From the human T2T-CHM13v2.0 reference genome, Homo sapiens: a DNA stretch of 64,000 bases. A program made the position numbers and the translations under genes. Position 1 is the first letter of the stretch. The number at the start of each line of letters is the position of its first letter. The stretch is from assembly GCA_009914755.4 (NCBI GenBank), contig CP068257.2:29056001-29120000 (forward strand). Direction: 5' to 3'. Shown in pieces: positions 54,238 through 64,000 of this stretch. Under the pieces are notes generated by a model. That model had not been told where the DNA came from. It searched no databases and saw nothing but the letters and a program-made list of their open reading frames with translations.

Positions 54238-55500
54238 GATCTGCCTTTGCTGCATCCCAACGTTTTGGTATGTTATGCTTTTATTTTCGTTTGTTTCAAG
54301 ATATCTTTAGTTTTCCTTTCTTTTTATTCTTGACTCATTTGTTGTTTATGATGATGTTGTTTAGTTTTCATATATCTGCACATTTTCCAAAATTCCTTCC
54401 ATTATTGATTTGTTGATTCAAACCATTGTGGTTGGAAAAGATACTTAATATAATCACAGTCTTCCTAAATATATTAAGACCTGTTTTGAAACACATTTCA
54501 AAACAACAAAAGAAAACTTAAATATGTTAAGACTTCTTTTGAAGCATGTTTTCTGTGTTTTGAGCAGAATTGTATTCTGCTGCTGTTGGATGAAATGTCC
54601 TATATACGCCTATTAGGTCCATTTGCTCTAAAGTATAGTTCAGATCTAATGGTTACTTACCTATTTTCTATCTGAATAATCTGTTCATTGATGAAAGAAT
54701 AATAATAATAATAGTATAATAAAATACAATAATAAAATAATAGTAATATTACATTGTAAATGTCTCTTCAACTATATTAATATTTGCTTTACATTTTTAG
54801 GTGTTTGACATTGGGTACATATGTGTTTATAATTGTTATGTCTTCTTGATGAGTTAATCCATTTACCATTATATACTGACTTTCTTTTCCTTGTTTTACA
54901 GTTTTTTTTAATTCAAAGTCTAATTTATTTGATATATGTATATGGTCTTTTTTTGTTTCAATTTGCATGGAATACCTTTTTCCATCCTTGTTCTTTCAAT
55001 CTATATGTGTCCTTAAAAGCAACGTGAGTTTCTTGTAGGCAACATTTAGTTGGGTCTTTGTTTATATATATACGGATATATATATATATGAATATATATA
55101 CGAATATATATATATGAATATATATACGAATATATATACGAATATATATACGTATATATATACGTATATATACACGAATATATATACGTATATATACGAA
55201 TATATACGTATATATATACGAATATATACGAACATATATACGAACATATATACGAACATATATATGAACATATATATATGAACGTATATATGAATATATA
55301 TATATGAACGTATGTATGAATATATATATGAATGTATGTATGAATGTATATATGAATATATATATGAATGTATATATGAATATATATATGAATATATATA
55401 TGAATATATATATGAGCATTTTCTTGTTTTCTGGGTGTTTTGTAGATCTTTTCTTTCCTCCTCTCTGCTGTCTTCCATTGTAATTAGATAACGTTTTTCT
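54231..55500 (-). mobile_element. Internal L1 ORF2 fragment, antisense, hosting a TA-rich minisatellite; abuts the truncated KRTAP21-like repeat
   Basis: 54231..54450 reads cctcttagatctgcctttgctgcatcccaacgttttggtatgttatgcttttattttcgtttgtttcaagatat...ccattgtggttggaaaagatacttaatat. This matches L1 antisense ...cctcttagaactgcttttgctgcatcccataagttttggtatgttgtgtttccattttcatttgtctcaagatat...ccattgtggtcagagaagatacttgatat. It continues with ttgcatggaataccttttttccatcc...gtgagtttcttgtaggcaacatttagttgggtc to 55060, and L1 resumes at 55425..55500. It is not a 3' end, so it is a rearranged fragment rather than a simple insertion. Confidence 0.8.
55060..55425. repeat. TA-rich minisatellite, ~10-12-nt units (TATATACGAA / TATATATGAA)n, ~365 bp
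   Basis: It reads atatatatacggatatatatatatatgaatatatatacgaatatatatatatgaatatatatacgaat...gaacatatatacgaacatat...gaatgtatatatgaatatatatatgaatatatatatgagc. The 5' half carries CpG units (tacgaa) and the 3' half TpG units (tatgaa, tgtatgaa). Confidence 0.9.
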
Positions 55501-58216
55501 ACTGATATATGCATTCCACAGTGAGTACTTCCTGGGATCCCTTCAATAACTGAAATAGATCCCACACATTATTGCAGTAATATCTTACCACTCTAATGAG
55601 CGCTTCTGCAAGGGTATTACTAATCTGTTGTCTTTCTTTCTCCTGCTTTGGAAACCATTTTCTGCATGGACTCCCAGAAATCATTTAAAACTTGATCTAA
55701 CAGTAGGTTAGCCTCAAAACTCATGTGAAACCTTACATTCTTCTTCCTAACTCTATAATAAAATTGAGTATTATTTCTTGGCATTATAGGCCATATCATT
55801 CTTATCCAGCTTGCCTACAACTAACATTCAATGATCCTTTACATATACAATCACAGAATTTCAAAGTAGAAGTGAATGATGTGGATAATTTAATTAGGTC
55901 CACGTTCAGAGTGCAGAATTACTCAGAATTTTCTAGGGGGTGGAGATACAAATTATTCAATAACTTCAGGATAGGGATGCTAACAAGACAACTTATTCCA
56001 TCTTCATACTGTGTTAGCCATTTGAAAAGTGTCTTATTTTTTTAAGTCTTCCTGTCTTTAAATTCTATCCATTGGACCTAGTTGTCTTCAGTGAAAAAAC
56101 AAACCAGAATAAACCTAATTCTGTATCACACATATACCTTCCCTGCAAAACCTTTTAAAAATGCTAAGAAATATAAACATAAATCAAGCATAGTACAAAG
56201 TCCAGAGACCAACTCTTGTATATGTGATAAAATCATAGACTAACGATGGTCACCACCAATCAGTTACAAATGGTGAGCTGTTTAGTAGGTGGTGCTGGAG
56301 AATCTAGCTTAATATAATGAAAAATGAAACTGGACCACCATATATAGAGGTGGACTCCAGGTGGATTAATGATCAAAGAGTGAAATGTAAAAATTTTCAA
56401 TTGACAGATGTAGAATATCAATGAAATAAAGATAATATGTATCATCTTTTAAATAACTAAAAAGTCAGAAATTACAGTTTGCAATGTGGTGCAATTATGC
56501 ACACTATTAACAAAAATAAACAAATGACAGTTTGTGAGATTTTTCCAGTGTCAAAAATAACAAGGGAATTTTATTAGGATTATACAATAAATGCCTACAA
56601 ATCAATAAGAAAGAGACAGACACTTCTGTTTAGAAAATGAGCAAAGGATGTGGAAGAGAAAACATTAAGGATAACACATATGGAAAGAAAATTGTTCACA
56701 CCCATTAATAATAAGAGATACATAAATTAAAACAGCAAGATGATATCTTTGTCACTGTGCAAACAAGCAACATTAGCATGTTAGAGTAAACAAATATTGT
56801 TACATATGTGAGGACAGATTTTGGGATTGACTTTCATAGAAGCCCATAAGGGTCACGTGTTCATTGCAGCAATGTTGTGCTGAAGAAGAGCTGGGTGTGA
56901 TTATGTGTGCATCACCGAGATAGCAAAAGGCAAAATCTTGTGTATTAGCCACGTGAAGTATCATATGGCAATGAGAAATAATAGTCTAAATGTACACGTA
57001 GTAGCATAAATGAATCATTCACTGCAATTGTGCTGAAAGAAAAGGGGTTTTAAAATATATATATAATAATACAATTTAAATAGGTTGAAAATATATAGTA
57101 GAATGGCCAACTTTTGGGGGATACTGACAAGATGAAAAGGGGTATTGCATATAAAATAATAAATAACAAGGTGTTTATGAATGAGAGATGAGTGTGAGAA
57201 TGGAAATAAAAGATAAATGTAAGAGAATAAATAAATTACTCTGTTAGACAAAAAAAAATAGAAAAAGGGAAAAGAGCTATGTGTGGACAAACAGTAATAT
57301 GATATAAATAGGACAGTATATTAAGCTCAAACCTCTACACTTGAAGGAAAAAAATGAGTGAAGTCATAAATTGTACCCCTTCCCAAACTCAAATTGCTGT
57401 AGGAACATATGGCCATTTACCTGAGGTTTTGCTTCCTCAGTCTTTTGTCCTTTCCTCTTGATCCCAAAGACCTACATACTTTGGGCACACATGATTGCTG
57501 ACTAGCAGAACCCCTGAACACCTTTTTGTTCTTTACACACCTTTAGCTAAGAGTGGTCACAGTACACATGTGTACAAACAAGGGCAGTCAAAATTCTTCC
57601 AGGAAGAGTGTCCCTTCCCAAATAAGAGGACAAAGTTTTAAAAGACCTGATGCTCTTCATCATTTGTCCTTACTTGTGCAGAATGTTGGTCATACACAGC
57701 AACCACTTTAAAACCATGAGTATGAAAGTCACACAGAAAGGGTGGGGAGTGGGAACATAAAAGAGCCCTGATCCTTTCTCACCATCTTGAGCACTTGTAG
57801 GAGACTTATCTGCTTAGTCTAAGATTTCTTGTTTTACATATTTCAAAAGCTATTAACATTAAATTAATATTGTTGCCTCTTAATTACCTTGACTTAAGCT
57901 CAAACAAGATAGTCATTGCTGAACTAGTGCATTAACCTCATGAGTAGATCCCCTGTCTCATTCTTGGTTCTATTCTAATTCTTTTTTCATGCATATTTTA
58001 AAATTTTGAGCTTAATATTTGTGTTCATGTTTAAATAAAAATGTAAAGAGTTAACATACAAGGAATTAAGAAATATGTAAAACACAAGTATTTGGATTCA
58101 ACCAATAAAATAACGTTGTCTTATTTAAAGTTGTGGTCACACAGCTTTTGAGGAAGCCACAAAACCTCAAATTAAGGAGACATTAAGGAGACCAGACTTC
58201 TTAGTGAGTAAGGCCT

Positions 58217-58222
58217 TTTATT
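58217..58222 (-). terminator. Candidate polyadenylation signal (AATAAA) for KRTAP21-2
   Basis: Plus-strand tttatt gives AATAAA on the minus strand, about 345 nt downstream of the stop. The motif context (ggc(c)tttttattaagaaa) is conserved in the paralogous duplicate at 52387..52395. Confidence 0.3.
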
Positions 58223-58562
58223 AAGAAAATTCTATTTTTTTTCCATTTTAGTATGCTCCAATTATATAGTCCTCTTGTGTTTCAGCAAATAGTCATGGCA
58301 CAAAGATTCAGAAAAAGATGTAAGAGCTTACATTAGAAAATTACACTAGAAAATTAATCAGAATAAAATCTCCTCTCTTCAGCGATGTGATGAAACTACT
58401 CAGTCTCCATCCACTGCCAACAGCTTCTCTTATATGCATTCAGATAGTCAGGTGACCATAGTCAACCTTTACTTAGATGTGAAGATAATGGGTAGGGGAG
58501 ATTTCAATTGAACTTGATCTTGGAGAGGTCATTGCAAAGCCAAGGATGACCTGTAGTGATGA

Positions 58563-58814
58563 TTAGTAGCAAGAGGAATAGCATCTTCTGTAGCAAAGTG
58601 GTCGGTAGCCACAGCAGCTAGAGCTGTATCCACAGCCATATCCACAGCCAGAGCCGTATCCACAGCCATAGCCACAGCCAGTTCCATAGCCAGAGCCATA
58701 TCTACAGCCAGAGCCGTATCCACAGCCATAGCCACAACCATATCCACAGCCGGAACTCCAGCCAGAGCCATATCCACAGCCCCCACAGCAGTTTCTGTAG
58801 TAGTTGCAACACAT
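58563..58814 (-). CDS. KRTAP21-2: High-glycine-tyrosine keratin-associated protein, 83 aa (KRTAP21-2)
   Basis: This is a single-exon minus-strand ORF. Its protein reads MCCNYYRNCCGGCGYGSGWSSGCGYGCGYG...CCGYRPLCYRRCYSSCY. It has the MCCNYY start and CYRRCYSSCY tail typical of the KRTAP21 family, and its GYGCG repeats are read in frame. The stop is TAA, seen as plus-strand tta at 58563..58565. A TATA box lies about 80 bp upstream. Confidence 0.8.
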   Translation of the reverse strand: MCCNYYRNCCGGCGYGSGWSSGCGYGCGYGCGYGSGCRYGSGYGTGCGYGCGYGSGCGYGCGYSSSCCGYRPLCYRRCYSSCY

Positions 58815-58891
58815 GATTTCAGGAGGTTAGATTTCAGTTGAGGTGTAGGAGGATATTTCTGAAGTGTGACTGTCCTCTACTCTTCTAAGAC

Positions 58892-58901
58892 CTTTATATA
58901 C
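58892..58901 (-). promoter_or_regulatory. TATA box (TATATAAAGG) for KRTAP21-2
   Basis: Plus-strand cctttatata gives TATATAAAGG on the minus strand. It sits about 80 bp upstream of the ATG at 58812..58814. Confidence 0.5.
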
Positions 58902-60711
58902 TTCCAGGGATGCATGGGTCATCCTCACATGGGCTCTATTTGCTCATTTTATAATCATCTGCCTAAAATGAGCTCATTCTGTGTACATCTACTTTCTTTG
59001 GAATTCATAATTTGCTTATGACTTCCCTAGGAATATTTTTATGCCTGAAAAGAAAACAAATATACAAGTTCTAAACACACAAGCTTATACAACCATAATT
59101 TTGTTTTCCATAGTTTCATTTCATAGCCATGACATAACACATCACCAAAATATGTTTGACCTATAAATGTATGTTTATCTTTCTGTTCTTGTAAGGTCTT
59201 GAGAATTATCTATTTAATAAGGAGTTCTCACTGCTCTTAATACCATCATCATCATCATTTCTTCTTATTCTTTCCTAATACCTTGGTGTTCTTTTCTTAT
59301 CATAGTCACTAAAAATTACTAAATCATGGTTTTTGGACAAAGAATTGGGTATTTCCACGTGCTACCTCAACTTCTTGAAACCCTCTCCTTCTCTCTGAAG
59401 AAAAGTTTGACCATTCCCCCCTTTTCTAGGCAGTCTATGACCTTCTCTTGCTTGAAAAAAAAATTTTTGTTAAACGTCTGACAGGTCAGTTATGTAATAT
59501 GTGTCATTTAAAATTTATAGAATAAACTTTTGATTTTTCCATTTAAAGTGAGGGGAATTCCTTGGTTCACAACTTTGTTGTTGATGTCCAGTTGTTAAAT
59601 TCTGTTCTTAAACACAGGTTTGTTTGTGTTTAAGAACCGAATTAACAATTGGATATCCATAATAATTGGACCACTCTGATGTTTATGCTGTACATCGGTG
59701 CTTTCTACTGAATAATAATTTCCAGCATATCCTGGACCCAAAACTGAGGTGGAGCTTCATTGGATATCCTTAACCCACACTGCTGATACCTTCTACTGCC
59801 CTTCTGTGCCACACCCAAAAATGCAGGAGCTCTGTTTCCTCCTGCAATGTCCCTGCTGCATCCTCTCCTGAGAAAACTTGAAGCCATGCTCACAGTGAAG
59901 GAGAAATACTTAAAGGAATCCCATCTATCAGCACAGAGAATATACTGAAGGATGAATTAGATGCTGAGGGGCCACAAATTGATAATCAGTACAATGTCCT
60001 CCATGTTCCAGAGGCTCTGTAGTAGAAATAGCTTTCCCTGGAAAACAGATTGGTTAATTTCCTGACTGAGTCTTTTCCTAATTATATGACCATGGAAAAT
60101 GTCCTCAACTTAGATGAACCTCAGTTTCTGCAACTGCCAAATGGGAATAAAAATAATTACTTTTATTTAAAATTTTATTAAGAGGCCTACAGAAAATACA
60201 CAGGCAATATAAGTAGTGTAGCAATGACCCTGATACATGGTGGAGACAAAACTTTTTCTTTCTTTTCCCCTTTTCTTTTGCCCAAATATAAGCATTCCTA
60301 AACAGTAACAGCTTTTCAAATTTCTGTATATACTTGTATTGATCTATTTGTTGTACTAAAATTTTGAGATTTGAATTTTAATTTTGCTATTTTTAAAGTA
60401 TGTGATATACATATGTGTAAATATACATATGTCAAGTAATGTTTTCGTAATAAACTTTCAAAAGTGAGCAAATGCTCTCAGAAAATGAACTTCCATGTAA
60501 TTGACCTCAGTTTACCTTGCCTGAAGCATTTTATACAATAATGTTTTGTAAAAATACAGAATCAAGGAACACATCACAGGGCTACCAAAACAGTGTGGTA
60601 GTGGTATAAATATAGATAAATAGATCATTGAAAAAGAAGAGAGAACCCGGAAATAAAGCCATATTATTTATAGCCAGCTGTTCTTTGACTAAGTCAACAC
60701 GAACATACATT

Positions 60712-61195
60712 GGGGAAAGGATATCCTCTTCAATAAATGATGCTGGGAAAATTGGATTGCTATATGCAGACGAATGAAACTGGACCCCATCTCTCACCAT
60801 ATACAAAAATCAACTCGAGATGTATTAAAGACTGCAATGTAAGACCTGAAACAATAAAAATACTGGAAGAAACCCTAGGGAAAACTCTTCTGAACACTGG
60901 TCAAGGCAAAGAATTCATGACAAATACTTCAAAAGTATGCAATGAAAACAAAAATAGATGAATGGGACTTAATTAAACTAAAAAGCTTCTTCACAGCAAA
61001 AGAAATAATTAACAGAGTGAACAGACAACCTGAAGAATGGGAGAAAATATTTGCAAACTATGCATCTGACAGGGGACTAACATTCAGAATGTACAAGAAA
61101 CTCAAACACTTAAACAACAAAAAAAACCACAAATAATTTCATGAAAAAAGTGGACAAAGAACATGAATAGACATTTTCCAAAGCAGACATCCCCT
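60712..61195 (+). mobile_element. Old L1 ORF2 C-terminal fragment, sense
   Basis: The translation has ...[26 protein letters not shown]...[49 protein letters not shown]. These are L1 ORF2 motifs. Confidence 0.75.
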
Positions 61196-61280
61196 TTTAA
61201 TTTTTGAGTCACACTTACATTTATTACTTCATTGATTCTTATAAAAACAATGTAAAGTAAGTTGTGTTTTTTATTATTTT

Positions 61281-62200
61281 CCAGCTTTATTGAGGTATCA
61301 GGGACAAAGATAATCATATGAGCTTAAGTTATACAATATGATGATTTGATATACATATTTACTGAGAAATGATTGACACAATCAAGTAAGTTACCACAAT
61401 AATCACATAATTAGCATTTTGGTTTTGTTTTATGGTGAGAACAATTAAGATCTCCCCTTAGCAAATTTCGAGTATACAATAGAGTATCGTTAACTATAGT
61501 TAGTTACCGTGTGGTAAATTGTATCTCCAGAACTTATTCTTCTTGTAACTGAAGATTTGTACCCTTAAACTAACATCTTCCCATTTCTTCCACCTCCCAA
61601 CCCCTTGGCAACCACCATTCCACATTCTGTTTTTTGAGTTCTACATTTTAGATTCCACATATAAGTAAGATTACTCAGCATTTGTCTTTCTCTGGCTGAC
61701 TTGTCACTTAGCATAATGCCTTCCATGTTTATCCATGCTGTTGTCAATGGCAGGATTTCTTTCCTTTTTATAATATTTCATTACAAATATACACCACAAT
61801 TTATTTTTTCATTCACTCATTAGTGAACAGTTAGGTTGTTTCCATGTTTTGGCTATTGTAAATAGTGCTGCAACAAACATGGGAATGCATATATCTCTTT
61901 GAGCTACTGATTTTGTATCTTTGACATATAAACCCAGAAGTAGGGCTAGATCGTGTGGTAGTTCTAATTTTCATTTTTTAAGGAACCTCCATATTGTTAT
62001 CCATAATGGCTGTATGAATTTATGTTCCCATCAAAAACAGTGCACAAATGTTTCTTTTATTGCACTTCCTCGCCAACACTTGTTATCTCTTATCTTTTTT
62101 ATAATACCCATCACACCAGGTATGAGGTGATAGCTCACTGTGATTTTGATTTGCATTTCTCTGATGATTATTGATGTAAAGCAACTTTCATGTACCTAAT
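61281..62200 (-). mobile_element. L1M 3' end, antisense
   Basis: It reads ccagctttattgaggtat...cccttggcaaccaccattccacattctgttttttgagttctacattttagattccacatataagtaagattactcagcatttgtctttctctggctgacttgtcacttagcataatgccttccatg...ggctattgtaaatagtgctgcaacaaacatgggaatgcatatatctctttgag...ggtgatagctcactgtgattttgatttgcatttctctgatgattattgatgtaaagcaactttcatgtacc. Confidence 0.8.
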
Positions 62201-62635
62201 GGTTTTTGTTTTTACACACGTCGCAGATGTGAAAACAGAAGCCACAGGTAGTTGTCACTTGCCCAAGGACTCTCAGCTGTTTAGTGGTAGAGTCAAATCG
62301 ATTTAACTCCTGCAAGAATATTAAAGCTCAGGAAGGACCCATAAATTATTTTTTCCTTTAGTTTTTCAAATGGAAAATATGCACTTCATTTGACTAAAAT
62401 TGCCAATATTTTGCAACTTTTGTCTTACACCTCTATCATCTGGATTTTCTTTCTTTGTGATCTTTACAATCCTAGCCAAAATGCCTAAAACTCTATACCA
62501 TCTTCTAGTACTTTCATAATTTAACCTTCATGTGCAGAACTTTAATCAATGTGGAATTTCTTATGTGTATAGTGTGAGGTAGGTATTTATATCATTGTAT
62601 CTAAACAGATGGGAGATTGATCAATCCCATTGCTG

Positions 62636-63008
62636 TGATTTAAATGTTTGCCCCCTTCAAAATTCATGTTGCAACTTAATTGCCATTGTGAAGGTATTGG
62701 GAGGTAGGACCATTATGAGGTGTTTAGGTCTTGAAGGCTCCACCCTCATAAATGGACTAACACCATTATCACAGGAGCAAGTCTGTTATTGCGGGAATGG
62801 GTTCACCCCGTCTTGCTCTCTCTCTTGCCCTCTCTTGGTCTTTCACCATGTGATGCCTTTTGCCATGTTTTGATGCAGCAGGAAGACTCTCACCACTTTG
62901 ATGCTGGATTTTCCAGCCACCAGAACTATGAGCTAATAAATTTCTGTTTATCATAAATTACCCAGTCTCGGGTATTCTGTTGCAGCAGCATAAAACAAAC
63001 TAAGACAC
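62636..63008 (+). mobile_element. Same LTR family as 12801..13157, sense
   Basis: It reads aaatgtttgcccccttcaaaattcatgttgcaacttaattgccattgtgaaggtattgggaggtaggaccattatgaggtg...ccagccaccagaactatgagctaataaatttctgtttatcataaattacccagtctcgggtattctgttgcagcagcataaaacaaactaagaca. Confidence 0.5.
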
Positions 63009-64000
63009 ACATTTACTGAATAAACTATCCCAGATGGAAAATTTGTCTACACAGGGACTTTGCTCCTCCCCTGAATTCTGCAGCACTGGCAACTGTGGTC
63101 CTATTGCCTCAGGCTGATCTACTCCTTATACCTGGATAACATGGTTAGACTTCCTAATCTTTGCTAGTGGCCTAACATGACTTCTCTTTCTAGCCAGTGT
63201 CCTTACCTGGCCAGTTGGTTATGATTGGCCCTCTAGGACAACACTCTACAATAGAAATATACCATGAAACACATTGAGAAATTTAAATTTTCCAATGTCC
63301 ACATTTTAAAAAGATAAAAAGAAACAGGTGAATTAATTTTATACCATATTGTATTCACCCTAATGTCTCAAAATATTATCATTTAATATATAACAAATAA
63401 TTTAAATGTATTTGATACTTTCATTCTTTTTTTTCTATTAAGTCTTTGATATCTACTCTGTATTTTACACTTACAGCGCATTTCATTTTGAATTATCCCC
63501 ATTTTGAGAACTCAACAGCTGGCTAGTAGCACCATATCAGACAGTGCAGCTTACTCAAGAGACCTGATAATTCTTTTATGGAAGTGGACACTGATTAAAA
63601 TTTCCCAGTGGGGCCTCCTACTCTTTCAATAAACTGACAGCTTATTTTCTTCTTTCCTTGAATTTCTTGGCCTTGAATTCCATTTTCCGTCTCTTGTAAC
63701 TGACCAAATCTACCTCATCCTTTATGGCTCTGTTCCTATCATTCTTTGGAAGCAATTTCTGACACTTGTCGAGCCTTCTCTTTCCACATTCTGATTTAAG
63801 TTTCCCCCTTGAGCTCTTCTTGGTAACACCATCGTACCTACAAGCATACCTGCTATGTATGATTTAGTATTTTGTGCCCAGCTGAAGATTCTGAATTCTT
63901 AGAAGGGACTATGTGTTTTATCTCTCTGTCTCCATACCAATCACAGCACATAGCTGAAACATGAATCTTAATGTTTGTTAAAGAACAAATTTTACAATTT

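Larger units (their letters stand above)
55515..58830. repeat. Segmental duplication, copy B (contains KRTAP21-2)
   Basis: See copy A. The paralogy runs through the gene's 3' flank, stop codon and coding region. Confidence 0.75.

Noticed and set aside
52704-54260. 518-aa minus-strand ORF (MGCS…MALAMVMDMALAV…) and the 235-aa Trp/Leu ORF (53135..53842)
   Set aside because: These are the other two minus-strand phases of the same repeat. They are offset by 1 or 2 nt from the frame that carries the conserved CYRRCYSSC(C/Y)* terminus. They are not independent genes.
52671-54416. 581-aa plus-strand ORF encoding a His/Ser-rich polymer (…HSHSQSQSHIHS…), the longest ORF in the track
   Set aside because: It is an alternative reading frame (opposite strand) of the KRTAP-type repeat. 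It starts at TTG and has no homology support at either end. Its length is a by-product of a 6-mer repeat that lacks stop trinucleotides. The only frame with homology anchors is the minus frame ending at 52720.
55060-55425. Regularly spaced short repeats that could superficially resemble a CRISPR array
   Set aside because: This is a eukaryotic AT-rich minisatellite with 10-12-nt units. It has no unique spacers and no cas context. It is not a CRISPR array.

Overview
This 64-kb window reads as human (primate) genomic DNA. It is AT-rich, about 40% interspersed repeats, and has no CpG island. The repeats include at least 13 Alu copies, about a dozen L1 fragments, one full-length THE1/MST-type MaLR element and several solo LTRs. 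The unique DNA carries a tandem family of single-exon genes for high-glycine-tyrosine keratin-associated proteins, all on the minus strand. This matches the KRTAP21 part of the chromosome 21q22.1 KAP cluster. I recognise three loci of this family, plus one decayed relative.

- 58563..58814 is an intact 83-aa gene with a TATA box, which I take to be KRTAP21-2.
- 29526..29702 is a 58-codon paralog the ORF track missed because it is under 60 aa. It has a TATA-like box and is probably KRTAP21-3.
- 52720..54237 is a third paralog whose Gly-Tyr-Cys-Ser repeat has expanded to about 1.5 kb, roughly 504 stop-free codons. This is the standout locus.

The expanded copy keeps the family C-terminus and stop. 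It has lost its start codon, first ~12 codons and promoter to a junction with an internal L1 fragment. It is therefore most likely a pseudogene, possibly the annotated KRTAP21-4P, though I cannot verify that here.

It lies in a ~5-kb tandem segmental duplicate of the KRTAP21-2 unit. A degenerate KRTAP6/20-like remnant with an internal 110-bp tandem duplication sits at ~2350..2670. No RNA genes, CRISPR arrays or prokaryotic-type systems are present.

The supplied ORF track uses bacterial-style starts such as TTG. Nearly all of its ORFs are repeat-derived or are alternative frames of the low-complexity KRTAP repeat. All coordinates were read by eye and may be off by a few bases.
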